64,000 nt of DNA from Methanocorpusculum sp. (GTDB taxonomy: Archaea > Halobacteriota > Methanomicrobia > Methanomicrobiales > Methanocorpusculaceae): contig JAZUDC010000040.1 of the NCBI GenBank assembly GCA_045639425.1, forward strand, positions 1,536-65,535, in the 5' to 3' direction. Below are positions 20,333 through 31,463 of this stretch, piece after piece. Every line of letters starts with the position of its first letter. Within the stretch, counting starts at the first letter, position 1. The notes beneath the pieces were generated by a model. The model was not told the DNA's origin, made no database searches, and saw nothing but the letters and a program-made list of their open reading frames with translations. Both the position numbers and the translations under genes were made by a program.

Positions 20333-20691
20333 TGGCAGCAACCGTGGTCTTCGTCGTGGTGATGACCGCAGACGAAACTGGGATTGTATTGCAGAGTTCC
20401 AGCGACGAACGCGGCAACCGCCTCGTCCGGCGCACCGACGACTCCGGGATAGAGTTCGATGCCGACCGAGGCGATGGCTGCCCGTGCACTACCACCGATA
20501 CCGCCGCAGATGAGTGCATCGGCGTGCAGATCAGCTAGAATGTCGACCAACGCCTCATGACCGGTCCCATTTGTTGACACTGCCTTCTTGTCAAGTATCT
20601 TCCTGTTTTCTAGAGTATAGACGGTGAATTCCGGTGTTGCGCCGAAATGCTGGAAAATTTGCCCGTTCTTGGAGGTTACTGCAATTTTCAT
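20329..20691 (-). CDS. NifB/NifX-family (FeMo-cofactor-binding domain) protein
   Basis: MKIAV..IFQHFG, LICGGIGG, His/Cys-rich tail. Confidence 0.88.
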   Translation of the reverse strand: MKIAVTSKNGQIFQHFGATPEFTVYTLENRKILDKKAVSTNGTGHEALVDILADLHADALICGGIGGSARAAIASVGIELYPGVVGAPDEAVAAFVAGTLQYNPSFVCGHHHDEDHGCCH

Positions 20692-20851
20692 ATTTAAGAT
20701 TGGGTTGTTGAAAGAGATATAAGTATTGATTCATCTGCAGGATGCGGGATGATTTCTTCTCTGGTTCTGTCTGGTATCCACTCAGGAAGAACGGGTCGCG
20801 GCGAACTTTCCGTCATATTTATATTGATTAACCGTGATAAATATATATGTT

Positions 20852-21397
20852 ATGAGAGAACTTCGTATCCACGGAAGAGGAGGCCAGGGTTCGGTAACGG
20901 CAGCGGAGCTGATCGCAACCGCCGCATTTACTGCAGGCGTCTATTCCCAGGCATTTCCAGCGTTTGGTGTTGAACGCCGCGGTGCACCGGTGCAGGCATT
21001 CGTCCGGTTTAGCGATCAGAAAATCCGGCTGAGAAGCCAGGTCTATGAACCGGATTATGTCATTGTGCAGGACAGCACCCTGATCCATGATGTGAATGTG
21101 TTCGCCGGTATGAAAGAAGGTGGTATTGCCTTGATTAACACCGAAAAAAAGGCTGAATACAATGTGCCGAAGGGCGTCAAGGTCATTGCCTTTGATGCAA
21201 CTGCAATCGCCATCAAGGAAATCGGTCGGCCGATTACAAATACTGCCCTTATGGGAGCATTTGCAGCTGCTTCCGGTGAAATTTTCCTAGAAGCGCTGGA
21301 AGGCGCTATCAATGACCGATTCACGGGAAAACTCGCCACTACCAACTTTGCTGCCGCAAAGTGTGCCTATGAAATGATCAAGGAGGGAAAGTACTGA
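20852..21397 (+). CDS. porC: Pyruvate:ferredoxin oxidoreductase gamma subunit
   Basis: ELRIHGRGGQG, FGVERRGAPV. Confidence 0.93.
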   Translation: MRELRIHGRGGQGSVTAAELIATAAFTAGVYSQAFPAFGVERRGAPVQAFVRFSDQKIRLRSQVYEPDYVIVQDSTLIHDVNVFAGMKEGGIALINTEKKAEYNVPKGVKVIAFDATAIAIKEIGRPITNTALMGAFAAASGEIFLEALEGAINDRFTGKLATTNFAAAKCAYEMIKEGKY

Positions 21398-21663
21398 TGC
21401 CGCTTGGAATTGGATGTACTGCCCGTCCGGGCAAGAGTCGAGACAACAAGACTGGTTCGTGGCGTATCTTCTATCCGGTCATGGATACGAGCAAGTGTAC
21501 AAAATGCGGTACCTGCCAGCTGATTTGTCCGGATGGATGCATTACCGCAAACGAAGACAAAACCTATAAGATCGACCTTGATTTCTGTAAAGGTTGCGGT
21601 CTGTGTGCCGAAGAGTGCCCAGACAACGCAAAAGCCATCTCAATGCACCAGGAGGAAAAATAA
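21397..21663 (+). CDS. porD: Pyruvate:ferredoxin oxidoreductase delta subunit
   Basis: KTGSWR; two 4Fe-4S motifs (CTKCGTC..CP, CKGCGLCAEECP). Confidence 0.93.
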   Translation: MPLGIGCTARPGKSRDNKTGSWRIFYPVMDTSKCTKCGTCQLICPDGCITANEDKTYKIDLDFCKGCGLCAEECPDNAKAISMHQEEK

Positions 21664-22821
21664 ATGACAATGTACATTATGGAGGGTGCAATGGCAGTAG
21701 CCGAGACAGTCCGACTCTGCCGTCCACAGGTTATATCTGCCTATCCAATTACCCCACAGACACATATTGTTGAAAATCTTGCATCCATTATTGCCGCCGG
21801 CAGACTGGATGCGGAATACATCTGTGTGGAGTCCGAGTTCTCTGCCTTGTCCGCATGTGTCGGCGCTTCAGCTGCAGGCAGCCGTGTCTATTCAGCAACT
21901 ACTTCGCAGGGACTTGCTCTGATGGGGGAAGTCGTCTTCAATGCAGCAGGTATGCGTCTCCCGATTGTCATGGGTATTGCAAACCGTGCAATTTCTGCAC
22001 CGCTTTCCATCTGGAACGATCAACAAGATTCTATCATGATGAGGGATGCGGGCTGGATCCAGCTCTACGCTGAAGATAACCAGGAAGCGGTCGATATACA
22101 TATCCTCGCCTATAAGGTCTGTGAAGACCACGATATTCTTCTGCCGGCGTTCGTCTGTTTTGACGGATTCATTCTCTCCCACGTCTACGAGCCGGTCGAT
22201 ATTCCTGACCAAGAAGCGGTCGACAAGTTCCTTGGCTCCTTCACTCCGTACCAGAAACTCGACTGCAAGGACCCGATTTCTTTTGGTATGTATGCAACAC
22301 CGGAATATTATCTTGAGTTCAGATATGAACACGATGAGGCGGTCAAGCGTTCAGCGGCTGCATTTAAGAAACACGCGGCGGAGTTCAGGAAAGTCTTCGG
22401 TCGCGACTACTCGGAACTGGTGACCAAGTACAAACTCGACGATGCAGAGACTGTCATCGTTGCAATGGGTTCTGTCTGCGGTACCATCAAGGATGCCATC
22501 GACGAGATGCGTGTAGCCGGCAAGAAGGTCGGTCTGCTTGGTATCAGAATGTTCAGACCGTTCCCGTCAGAAGATATCAGAAAAGCGCTTGCGAACGCGA
22601 AACGTGTCGCTGTTCTCGATAAGAACATCAGCCTTGGTGCGAAGGGTGCGGCAGCTCTTGAAGTCAAGGATGCATGTTACGGCATGAACATACCAATTCT
22701 CGACTATATCATCGGTCTCGGCGGCCGTGATGTTAAGATATCAGACATCAAGGAAGTTGTCAAGCTTTGTGAAGCGGGCAAAGGTGATATGTTCTATGGC
22801 CTGAGAAGGGAGGTGCTGTAA
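21664..22821 (+). CDS. porA: Pyruvate:ferredoxin oxidoreductase alpha subunit
   Basis: AYPITPQT, ESEFSA, TTSQGL. Confidence 0.95.
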   Translation: MTMYIMEGAMAVAETVRLCRPQVISAYPITPQTHIVENLASIIAAGRLDAEYICVESEFSALSACVGASAAGSRVYSATTSQGLALMGEVVFNAAGMRLPIVMGIANRAISAPLSIWNDQQDSIMMRDAGWIQLYAEDNQEAVDIHILAYKVCEDHDILLPAFVCFDGFILSHVYEPVDIPDQEAVDKFLGSFTPYQKLDCKDPISFGMYATPEYYLEFRYEHDEAVKRSAAAFKKHAAEFRKVFGRDYSELVTKYKLDDAETVIVAMGSVCGTIKDAIDEMRVAGKKVGLLGIRMFRPFPSEDIRKALANAKRVAVLDKNISLGAKGAAALEVKDACYGMNIPILDYIIGLGGRDVKISDIKEVVKLCEAGKGDMFYGLRREVL

Positions 22822-22822
22822 A

Positions 22823-23710
22823 ATGGTCGACAAAAAACTGGAAAACTTTGACTGCGGTCACCGTGCTTGTGGGGGCTGCGGCGCATCTGTTGCAGTACGT
22901 CTGATTCTGAAAGGTGCTGGTGAAAACACCATCGTCGTCTCTCCGACCGGATGTCTCGAAGTCTTCTCCACCCCCTACCCGGAAACCGCATGGAAAACTC
23001 CGTGGATTCACTCTCTCTTTGAAAACGACTCTGCGGTAGCTTCTGGAATTGAAGCGGCTCTGAAGAAACAGGGCCGCCTCGGCAGCGAAAAGATCTTGGT
23101 CATCGGCGGTGACGGCGCCACCCTCGATATTGGCACCCTCTGTATCTCAGGTGCATTCGAGCGCGGTCACGATTTCACCTACGTCTGTTACGACAACGAG
23201 GGATACATGAACACTGGTATCCAACGTTCCGGTGCAACTCCATACGATGCGGATACCACTACAACACCATCAGGTTCCTGTTCGTTTGGTAACAACCGCC
23301 CGAAGAAGGATCTCCCGCAGATTCTTGTTGCCCACGGTTCCCCGTACGTCGCGACCGCGACCATAGCATATCCTACGGATCTCATGAAGAAGGTTGAGCG
23401 TGCGATGAACACCAAGGGTCCGTGCTACATTCAGGTTCATGCCCCATGCTGTACCGGTTGGGGATTTGACAGTTCAGAGACCATGGAAATCGGTCGTATG
23501 GCACTTGAGTGCGGTCTCTGGGTCAATTATGAAATGGTCAACGGTGTCTTGAAGACGCAGAAGAAGGTTAAGCGTGTACCGGTGGATGCCTACCTCCAGG
23601 CACAGAAACGGTTCCGCCACCTTTTCAAACCAGCCAGAAATGACGCTGAAATCGCCAAGATTCAGGCAATTGCTGATGCTAATGCCGCAAAATACGGCAT
23701 TGACTTCTAA
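22823..23710 (+). CDS. porB: Pyruvate:ferredoxin oxidoreductase beta subunit
   Basis: CGGCG, GGDG TPP-binding motif, DNEGYMNTGIQRS. Confidence 0.95.
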   Translation: MVDKKLENFDCGHRACGGCGASVAVRLILKGAGENTIVVSPTGCLEVFSTPYPETAWKTPWIHSLFENDSAVASGIEAALKKQGRLGSEKILVIGGDGATLDIGTLCISGAFERGHDFTYVCYDNEGYMNTGIQRSGATPYDADTTTTPSGSCSFGNNRPKKDLPQILVAHGSPYVATATIAYPTDLMKKVERAMNTKGPCYIQVHAPCCTGWGFDSSETMEIGRMALECGLWVNYEMVNGVLKTQKKVKRVPVDAYLQAQKRFRHLFKPARNDAEIAKIQAIADANAAKYGIDF

Positions 23711-23762
23711 TCTTTTTTTCCCTGAAGTTTCTCCCATTTATCAATGAATGCATTACTACAAT

Positions 23763-23808
23763 GATTTCACGATTTACTATGATAAATCGCTAATATAATC
23801 GTGAAATC
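23763..23808. promoter_or_regulatory. Nested palindromic operator upstream of yerC/hisR remnant
   Basis: GATTTCACGATT (23763-74) and AATCGTGAAATC (23797-808) form a perfect 12-bp inverted repeat; inner CGATTTA-N6-TAAATCG at 23770-89. Confidence 0.6.
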
Positions 23809-23823
23809 GTAACATATCGTTTT

Positions 23824-23955
23824 GTGTGTGATGAGGATTTTGACCAGTTGGCGAAGGCAGTAGTGAGTCTAAAGAGGGAGTCTGAAGTGAAGGCGTTTAT
23901 TTCTGATATCTATACCATAAAGGAGATACAGGAGATTATCATGCGTTTTTCCGTG
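23824..23955 (+). pseudogene. TrpR-like YerC/HisR regulator, 5' remnant (HTH lost)
   Basis: DFDQLAKAVVSLKRESEVKAFISDIYTIKEIQEIIMRFSV matches the YerC/YecD N-terminal pattern, then similarity stops before the HTH. Confidence 0.65.
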
Positions 23956-24285
23956 ACGGCACGGACAATATACCAGTATGGAAGCAATTTCCTGGATAGA
24001 ACGCTGTTTCAATGCCGGTGTCGGCGATGTCGAGGTGATTTCGATTGATACCGACGGTGTCAAGAATGGCACAGTAACCCTCAAATCATTCGGTGCAGTC
24101 AGAATATGGCGGCACGCATAGCCAGTATGCATATGCTGACTGTAGAAGCAAGTGTTGTAGAACAGGCAGAACTACCGGAAGAACCAGAACCGACTGCAAC
24201 TCCGGCAACATGAGCCCTGACTATTGCTATCATTGTTGGAATCGGCACGGCAGCTCTGTTGATTTCCAGAATAAAAGAACAATAG
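23956..24285 (+). pseudogene. 3' remnant of a surface/secreted protein with membrane anchor
   Basis: Beta-rich fragments (VEVISIDTDGVKNGTVTLK), P/T/E linker ELPEEPEPTATPAT, then hydrophobic ALTIAIIVGIGTAALLISRIK; stops and frameshifts. Confidence 0.6.
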
Positions 24286-24326
24286 AACCACAAAATCATT
24301 TTTTCCGACAAACTCAACAAAAAGTA

Positions 24327-24408
24327 CGCCGAGAGAGAGATTTGAACTCCCGAGGTTTGCACCACCGGTTTTCAAGACCGGCGCCCTACCGGACTGAGCT
24401 ATCTCGGC
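24327..24408 (-). tRNA. tRNA-Ser(TGA)
   Basis: GCCGAGA acceptor, CCGGT-CTTGAAA-ACCGG anticodon arm, long variable arm, GGGAG-TTCAAAT-CTCTC T-arm. Confidence 0.95.
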
Positions 24409-24552
24409 ATGTCCGCCTTAATTATTAGTATCTCCCCCTAAAAATAGATTGTGGGATGTTTCTGCCTCTTTTTCCCGAATTTCATTGATTGTATACCCTA
24501 CCAATCATTAAACCTTAATGTGCTATCCCACTGAATATATAACACATTACAA

Positions 24553-24930
24553 ATGGACGCAGATGTATCACCAGTAGTAACATGGGTAGATCCGATTCTT
24601 TTCATCGGAATATTTGGAGCACTTACCGTATCTTTCCTTTGGATTCGTGATGCTCGCATCTTTGCACGAACAGGGGCCAATGGATATAAGAAAGCGGCGT
24701 ACCGCGGTGTCTTGTTCACCGCACTCGGCTGGCTTGGTTGCTGTCTGTGCGGACTGACCGAACAGACCTTCTATTTCCTCGGCATGGGTTGTGTATTGCT
24801 TGCGCTCTATCTTCAGTCGAGAATCAAGAGGGAAAATGTATGGAACAGTGATGAATCCGCATGGAAACGGTTCATCGGTAGCGCACCAAGAACCGCAGAT
24901 AAAACGCAAACAAATCAATCGAGGAAATAA
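24553..24930 (+). CDS. Hypothetical membrane protein (3 TM)
   Basis: Intact ORF with three hydrophobic segments, 5 bp upstream of hisS. Confidence 0.7.
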   Translation: MDADVSPVVTWVDPILFIGIFGALTVSFLWIRDARIFARTGANGYKKAAYRGVLFTALGWLGCCLCGLTEQTFYFLGMGCVLLALYLQSRIKRENVWNSDESAWKRFIGSAPRTADKTQTNQSRK

Positions 24931-24935
24931 ATAAA

Positions 24936-26171
24936 ATGATACAGAAACCACGTGGAACCAGGGATTTCTTTCCGGCAGAAATGGCACAACGTCGCGAACT
25001 TGAACAGAAAATGAGAAAGACCGCTGCATCCTTCGGGTTTGGCGAAGTTGCTACACCGATGTTCGAAGAGCAGGAACTCTTCATTCTGAAATCTGGAGAG
25101 GGTATTCTCAGCGAGATGTATACCTTCGAAGACAAGGGTGGCAGAAAGATGGCCTTGCGCCCGGAACTGACGGCACCAACCATACGTGCCTATGTCAATG
25201 AGGTACAGGTTGCCCCAAAACCGATACGCTGGTTCTATTTCGAAGAATGTTTCCGCTATGAGCGGCCGCAGAAAGGAAGATATCGGCAGTTCTGGCAATT
25301 CGGTTGTGAGATTATCGGGGCAGATTCTGCAGAAGCCGATGCAGAAATTATCGCTACCGCATATGCGTTGCTCAAATGTACCGGCGTCCGCTTCATAATC
25401 AAGGTAGGCCACCTTGCACCCATGAAACATCTGCTTGCAGACCTCGATGCAGGAGAACAGAGAAAGGTGATGGCAGCGCTCGACAAGCGCGATGAAAATC
25501 TGCTCAAAGCTGCACTAGATGAGTTGAATAAACCACAACTCTCCGAACCACTGATCGACCTCATCAATGCACAGACCCTCGATGAAGTCTTCAGGATTGT
25601 TGGCGACATTCCAGAACGTGGACGCATTGAAGAGACGTTTGCCTATCTGAAAGAACAGGAGATTCCAGTCATCCTGAACTTTGGCATAGCCCGCGGTCTG
25701 GATTACTATACCGGCATGGTTTTTGAAGGATTCGCTGATAATCTTGGCGCAGAAAACCAGATCTTGGGCGGCGGAGTTTATCGCCTTGCCCACCTATTCG
25801 GCGGTAACGACACGCCATGTTGCGGATGCGGCATTGGGTTTGACCGAGTCGCTGTCTCCATCGGTGAATTCACTCCGGAAAAAACAGCGAGTGTTGCCAT
25901 CATCACCGGAAAGGATACGCGAACTGCCGCATACAAGGCAGCATCCGCATTCCGCGCAGCTGGAATCCCCGCAGTCATGGACCTGCTCGGTCGCAGTTTT
26001 AGTGCACAGCTATCCTCAGCAATCAAATCCGGTGCATCCTATGCAATACTGATTGGACCGAAAGAAGCAACGGCAGGAACTGTTACCTTGAAGGATTTGG
26101 CAAAATCTGAGCAGAAGGAACTGTCGGTCACCGCTGCAGTTGCGGAGGTGCTGAATGGTTCTCGCCGATGA
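24936..26171 (+). CDS. hisS: Histidyl-tRNA synthetase
   Basis: KPRGTRDF, LRPELTAP, FRYERPQKGRYRQFWQ, RGLDYYTG. Confidence 0.97.
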   Translation: MIQKPRGTRDFFPAEMAQRRELEQKMRKTAASFGFGEVATPMFEEQELFILKSGEGILSEMYTFEDKGGRKMALRPELTAPTIRAYVNEVQVAPKPIRWFYFEECFRYERPQKGRYRQFWQFGCEIIGADSAEADAEIIATAYALLKCTGVRFIIKVGHLAPMKHLLADLDAGEQRKVMAALDKRDENLLKAALDELNKPQLSEPLIDLINAQTLDEVFRIVGDIPERGRIEETFAYLKEQEIPVILNFGIARGLDYYTGMVFEGFADNLGAENQILGGGVYRLAHLFGGNDTPCCGCGIGFDRVAVSIGEFTPEKTASVAIITGKDTRTAAYKAASAFRAAGIPAVMDLLGRSFSAQLSSAIKSGASYAILIGPKEATAGTVTLKDLAKSEQKELSVTAAVAEVLNGSRR

Positions 26172-27957
26172 GCTCGCAAAGAAACAACGAAGCATCAGTG
26201 TCGCAGAGTTTTTCGAAAAAAACAAGCATATGCTTGGTTTTGACTCCCCTGTACGTGGAATTATTACCACGGTAAAAGAAGCCATCGATAACTCTCTTGA
26301 TGCCTGTGAAGAAGCGCAGGTTCTGCCAGACATTTTGGTCTCTGTCCGCCGTATCAAGGAAGATGTATTCCGCGTCGTTGTAGAAGATAACGGACCTGGA
26401 ATCATTCCAGAAAAAATGCCATCAGTCTATGCAAAACTGCTCTACGGTTCTCGATTCCATCAAGTACGGCAGACACGCGGTCAGCAGGGTATCGGCATTT
26501 CTGCTGCTGTTCTCTATGCACAGCTAACTACAGGTAAGCCGGCCATCGTAATCTCACGAACGGATGCATCCCGCAAAGCACACAAAATGTCACTGATCAT
26601 CAAAACGGAGATCAACGAGCCGGAAGTGTTGTCGCACGAGCAAATCGATGGAATTTTACCGCACGGCACCCGTGTTGAACTGGAGTTCAAGAGTAACATC
26701 GCAGCAAAGAAAAAACTGCTGGAATACCTTAAATACACCTCAATCGTCAATCCACATGCGAAATTCCGGGTGGAACTCGAGGACGAAGCATTCGTCTTTG
26801 ACCGAGTATCTTCCGATGTCCCGCCATGTCCAGTTGCCATCAAACCTCACCCGTACGGTATTGAACTTGGTGTACTCAAACGGATGGCCGCAGCATCCGA
26901 TCTTCTGCTCAAGGAATTCCTGAAAGAAAGTTTCTCGAAGGTTGGGGAGAAGACTGCACAGGAAATCTGTGATACCGCAAAGCTCAAAGCAGCGACCAAA
27001 GCGGACAAACTGTCGCTTGACAACTTATCCAGTCTGCATCATGCAATGCAGACGGCAAAGATCCCGGCACCGACGACATCCCAGTGTCTCTCACCAATCA
27101 CAGAAGAACTCATCATCAAAGGCATGGAAAAGGAGTTTGAACTTGATTTCATCAAAGCACGAACCCGCCCCAGCAGTGTCTATAGCGGCCATTCATTCAT
27201 TGTAGAAGCTGCTATAGGTTATGGTGGAAAACTGCCGACTGACGGGACTGCTACACTCCTCCGTTTCGCAAACCGTGTACCGTTACTGTACCAGCAGGGA
27301 GCTTGCGCCATCACCAACGCAATCCAGTCAGTGAACTGGAAAAACTATAATGTGTCCCAACAAGGCCTACCGACGGGCCCACTACTGATTCTGGTCCATG
27401 TCGCAGCAACCAATGTTCCGTTCACCAGTGAATCAAAGGATGCAATTGCCTCCGTTCCGGAAATTGAACGGGAAATCACCCTCGCACTCCAGGAACTGGG
27501 GCGTGATCTGAAACTCTTCCTTTCCCGGCACGAACGCAACAAACTCCAGGATGATAAAGCACGCGCAATATGTGCAGTCATCCCACTGATTGCAAAGAAA
27601 GTCGGAGAAATCGTTGAATTGCCAACCCCAAATACTTCTCTGATTGAGGGCAGAATCATGCGCAGAGTTGTCCTGAAAAAGAAAACAACCGGTGGAACCA
27701 TTATGATTCATGCCGACAATTACACGTCAAAACCGCAGGAGATTACCATTTATGACATTTCCTCCGACAATGCTGCAGACGCAACGGTTCCACCGACATT
27801 TGTAACTGAACTTGACGGTGAATTTACCAAACTTTGGATGATGAAACTTGAAGCTGGAAAATCATTCGAAGTTACCTATCACGGAACCGGGGGAGGAATG
27901 ATTCAATTACAGGGACTTCCTGAAAATATGAAAGTGGAGGTGGATCTCGATGCCTGA
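26155..27957 (+). CDS. top6B: DNA topoisomerase VI subunit B
   Basis: [42 protein letters not shown]. Confidence 0.97.
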   Translation: MVLADELAKKQRSISVAEFFEKNKHMLGFDSPVRGIITTVKEAIDNSLDACEEAQVLPDILVSVRRIKEDVFRVVVEDNGPGIIPEKMPSVYAKLLYGSRFHQVRQTRGQQGIGISAAVLYAQLTTGKPAIVISRTDASRKAHKMSLIIKTEINEPEVLSHEQIDGILPHGTRVELEFKSNIAAKKKLLEYLKYTSIVNPHAKFRVELEDEAFVFDRVSSDVPPCPVAIKPHPYGIELGVLKRMAAASDLLLKEFLKESFSKVGEKTAQEICDTAKLKAATKADKLSLDNLSSLHHAMQTAKIPAPTTSQCLSPITEELIIKGMEKEFELDFIKARTRPSSVYSGHSFIVEAAIGYGGKLPTDGTATLLRFANRVPLLYQQGACAITNAIQSVNWKNYNVSQQGLPTGPLLILVHVAATNVPFTSESKDAIASVPEIEREITLALQELGRDLKLFLSRHERNKLQDDKARAICAVIPLIAKKVGEIVELPTPNTSLIEGRIMRRVVLKKKTTGGTIMIHADNYTSKPQEITIYDISSDNAADATVPPTFVTELDGEFTKLWMMKLEAGKSFEVTYHGTGGGMIQLQGLPENMKVEVDLDA

Positions 27958-29059
27958 TATGAAAGAAGTAGATCTTGCTTCAAAGAAACGTCTAATGGAA
28001 ATAGCAAAGGTTTGGTACGATCAACTGGATAATGGTGAGATCCCATCGATTACCCTACCGACCCGTACAAAGCATAACCTTGAACACGATGACAAAGCGA
28101 ATGTCTGGAAGTACGGTGACCGCGAATCAACACGTGATGCGGGCACTGGAAAATCCGCAATCCATATGCTGAAGATGGCATATATCATCGACTTCATCAA
28201 GATGCAGCTGACGGAAAACCGCTCCTCAACCTTAAGAGAAATGTATTACATCTCCGAAGGCTGGAAACAGGCGGCATTCCACGCACAAAATGAAAGCAAC
28301 TACCTAGTAGAAGATCTGGAAATCATCACTAAACTCCAGCGTGAACAGTTCCACATAAGACCAGAAGAAGACGGAGCATCCATGTTCGGTCCGCTTCGAA
28401 TCCGGGAAAATACCCGCCGCGGTCCGAAGATGATTCACTGCCAGGACGATGTGGGGGAGGCAGGATATAACATTCCAAACAATGTCTATACTGTAGAACT
28501 GGTCGATCATGATGCAACCTGTGTCATTGCCCTGGAAACTGGTGGTATGTTCTCACGTCTTCAGGAAAACGGATTCGATGAGGACTATAATGTCATCTTG
28601 TTCCACCTGAAGGGTCAGCCGACTCGTGCATCCCGCCGTATGCTGAAACGATTGCACGAAGAACTGAAACTGCCGATTATCGTCTTCACTGATGGTGATC
28701 CCTGGTCATACCGTATCTACGCATCCGTTGCCTACGGATCCATCAAAACCGCACATATCTCAGATTTCCTAGCAACCCCGGATGCGAAATTCATTGGTTT
28801 GAAACCATCGGATATCCTGCGATACAATCTACCAGCTGACAAATTATCCGATAAGGATATCGAAGCACTAAAAGCAGAACTCACCGATCCACGATTCACC
28901 ACTGGTGTAAATGCGGAATTCTGGAAAAAAGAAATCAATCTCCAGCTGCAGATGGGGCTGAAGTCTGAACAGCAGGCATTCGCCAGCCACGGTCTTGACT
29001 TCGTAACCAAAGAATACCTACCTGAAATGTTTACTGAAGCAGGCGTTCTCAAACGCTAA
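27950..29059 (+). CDS. top6A: DNA topoisomerase VI subunit A
   Basis: [32 protein letters not shown] motifs. Confidence 0.97.
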   Translation: MPDMKEVDLASKKRLMEIAKVWYDQLDNGEIPSITLPTRTKHNLEHDDKANVWKYGDRESTRDAGTGKSAIHMLKMAYIIDFIKMQLTENRSSTLREMYYISEGWKQAAFHAQNESNYLVEDLEIITKLQREQFHIRPEEDGASMFGPLRIRENTRRGPKMIHCQDDVGEAGYNIPNNVYTVELVDHDATCVIALETGGMFSRLQENGFDEDYNVILFHLKGQPTRASRRMLKRLHEELKLPIIVFTDGDPWSYRIYASVAYGSIKTAHISDFLATPDAKFIGLKPSDILRYNLPADKLSDKDIEALKAELTDPRFTTGVNAEFWKKEINLQLQMGLKSEQQAFASHGLDFVTKEYLPEMFTEAGVLKR

Positions 29060-29147
29060 AAAATATTAATTATCTCTTCTGCGGCCGGTGCTCGTTTTCA
29101 GATGCCGAGCATGAGATTTTTCAGCCACTGATTTCTTGGGATTGCGT

Positions 29148-30473
29148 TTATATAGCCTTATCTGGATTATCCAGCGGACGTTCCGGTTTTCCGACTTTGG
29201 GGAAAGCCGTCAGATCATCCTCACAGTACTTGAGGATAGTCTCCATTCGTTCCGCTCCCAGTGCCGGTTTTATGGTCTCCAACCAAAGATAAAACCCGAC
29301 ACGAGATGGTGTCGGGCGTTCGTATTTGAATCCCCCAAGACTAGAATGGACCAACTTCAGATACTCATGTTTCTTCCGTGGTTTCAGGTATACAACAGGC
29401 TCAATTTCCGGGAAATCAACGGCAACGATGACCTTGGAATAATCTTTCATAATTCCTTCCACCGTCAGCTGCTGAGACTTGATGCGGAGTCCGTGATTCG
29501 CGACAAGGGACTTGATGGCTGACGGATAGAGACCCCCACAGATGACCTTCTTGACCAAAGGAGAAACCGCCGGATTGTCGAAGAACTGATTCGCAGTAAG
29601 CCGGTGTTCTTCGGCGAAATAGAGCTGTGACAGTGCTTCGTCATGCAACTTCTTGTAGTCGAACTGGACCGTCTGCAGGGTCTCTGCCTTCACTAGTTTA
29701 GGGGAGAGGGAGACCTCCGTCGGAAGGTTCATGAGACGGATGCCACGGATGCAGCGTTTCATGGTCTCGCAGTCAGCCGTACAGATATAGGCGTTGTCGG
29801 GGTCAGCCACCAAGCGTTTGACTGTCTGCGTGTTCCGGATATCAACCGAGGAAAACAGGATGAATCCTACATGATCTTGACTAAATAGGTAACCGAAGAG
29901 TTTTTTCTTGTAGATGATTTCTTCCTCTAGATCTTTCAAATCTGCAGGAGTCGTTACAATCTCACAGAAGACGATATGCCCGTCTCTGTCGAAAAGTAGC
30001 TGGTCAACCTCCGCTAGATCCTGACCGTTTCCGCGGACACGGATATCTCCCTTTTCTGCAGAGTAAATATCATTAACGCCCAGGTGGTTTTTGATCTTCT
30101 TTGATTTGGCATCCGCACCTTTTTTGACAATGTTCCGGATGGTGGCGGTATTCTCCGCAATTTTGATGAGCTCTTCATAGATGAGGAACTCATACCAGTA
30201 CCCTTCTGATGTCCGCATCAGCATGAGGTCTTCCGAGAAGAGGTTCTTGCGGTCTTGCACCCGCATGTGGCGCAATGCACGTACAGCAGTCGCTCTGGCC
30301 GGCACATAACCAGCAAACTGCTTGGATATCCACGAAAGCATCGTTTCGTTCTGCGTACCTGCCAGTTTCTTTTCCGAAGATTTCCGTTTCTGAACTGGTG
30401 CGGAAGAGGAGGGATGGTGTTTGTGGGGTTTCTTCTGACTCTTGTTTCGAGGATTATTCATTAGATTATTCAT
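29148..30473 (-). CDS. Hypothetical protein, possible PD-(D/E)XK-like domain
   Basis: Intact 441-aa ORF overlapping the trm11 stop; GYWYE...AEVDQLLF...VFCEIVT resembles nuclease motifs. Confidence 0.65.
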   Translation of the reverse strand: MNNLMNNPRNKSQKKPHKHHPSSSAPVQKRKSSEKKLAGTQNETMLSWISKQFAGYVPARATAVRALRHMRVQDRKNLFSEDLMLMRTSEGYWYEFLIYEELIKIAENTATIRNIVKKGADAKSKKIKNHLGVNDIYSAEKGDIRVRGNGQDLAEVDQLLFDRDGHIVFCEIVTTPADLKDLEEEIIYKKKLFGYLFSQDHVGFILFSSVDIRNTQTVKRLVADPDNAYICTADCETMKRCIRGIRLMNLPTEVSLSPKLVKAETLQTVQFDYKKLHDEALSQLYFAEEHRLTANQFFDNPAVSPLVKKVICGGLYPSAIKSLVANHGLRIKSQQLTVEGIMKDYSKVIVAVDFPEIEPVVYLKPRKKHEYLKLVHSSLGGFKYERPTPSRVGFYLWLETIKPALGAERMETILKYCEDDLTAFPKVGKPERPLDNPDKAI

Positions 30474-31428
30474 TATTCAGAACGAGTATTTTGCGTGTGA
30501 GGCTTTTGTGAATGTACTGTTCATAAAAACCTTCAACAGTGAATCCTGCGGTGACTGCAAACGGCCTGATATCCTGGTGAGCTACTACAACAGCACGCCC
30601 GCCCTTTTTTAGGATCCGTCTGATTTCACGAAGTGCTCCAGAATAAAGAGCAGTAAAGGTCTCAGCACTGACAACAGTTGACTGGCCATATGGAAAGTCA
30701 CAGGCGACAGCGTGGAATGATTCGTTTTTATAGGGCATTTGAGTTGCATCGGCACGAATCAGGGGTGCTGAAGGGACGTTGAGTCTACTTCCAGCAAGCA
30801 TCTGGGAATCGAAATCGCTTCCAACACCCTTTACCCCGAGAAGTTCCGTCTCCAGCAGAATTCCGCCAGTTCCGCATAAAGGATCAAGAAGGAATTCTCC
30901 TTTTTTCACCCGGGTGAGATTAACAATCGCCCGTGCAAACAGGGGCATCATTACACCGGGATGGAAATATGCCCTGCTGTTCGGATTGCGAGAAGCGTAA
31001 CCTCCGCGATCTATTTCATAAAGAACACGTCCGAACCAGCATAAGCCGCCGGTAAAGACCGCACGATACACGATTTCTGGATGTTTGAGGGAGACTTTGC
31101 CCTTGATGAGCGACCCCATCATCCTTTCGACAGCAGTCATTGATTCCGGTACAACGGCCGGATGAATTTTTCGGGCTCTGCAGCAGTATGGTTTCTCCGC
31201 TTCCAAGGACAGGGACGTCAGAAGTTCTTTCAGATCTTCTGCAGTTCCGTTACACACACCCAGGAATTCGGATACAATGTGCGTTTCTGCGAGCCGTCGA
31301 CTCTCTTCGGGACAATCGGTCTCTGCAACGGCAATCCCATTCGTACGTTCGGTTATACGTGCAACACAGGCTAGTTCTGCCGCTGCCAGTTCCTGATTTT
31401 CACCGGAAAGTTCGTACAGCAGTTTCAT
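30466..31428 (-). CDS. tRNA (guanine10-N2)-dimethyltransferase Trm11/TrmG10
   Basis: THUMP-like N-terminus, YFHPG.MMP..ARA.VNL, LDPLCGTGG, DFPYG, HKSLTRKI. Confidence 0.9.
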   Translation of the reverse strand: MKLLYELSGENQELAAAELACVARITERTNGIAVAETDCPEESRRLAETHIVSEFLGVCNGTAEDLKELLTSLSLEAEKPYCCRARKIHPAVVPESMTAVERMMGSLIKGKVSLKHPEIVYRAVFTGGLCWFGRVLYEIDRGGYASRNPNSRAYFHPGVMMPLFARAIVNLTRVKKGEFLLDPLCGTGGILLETELLGVKGVGSDFDSQMLAGSRLNVPSAPLIRADATQMPYKNESFHAVACDFPYGQSTVVSAETFTALYSGALREIRRILKKGGRAVVVAHQDIRPFAVTAGFTVEGFYEQYIHKSLTRKILVLNNE

Positions 31429-31463
31429 CCGTCTTATATATAGGATTTCAGGAGATATTTAAA

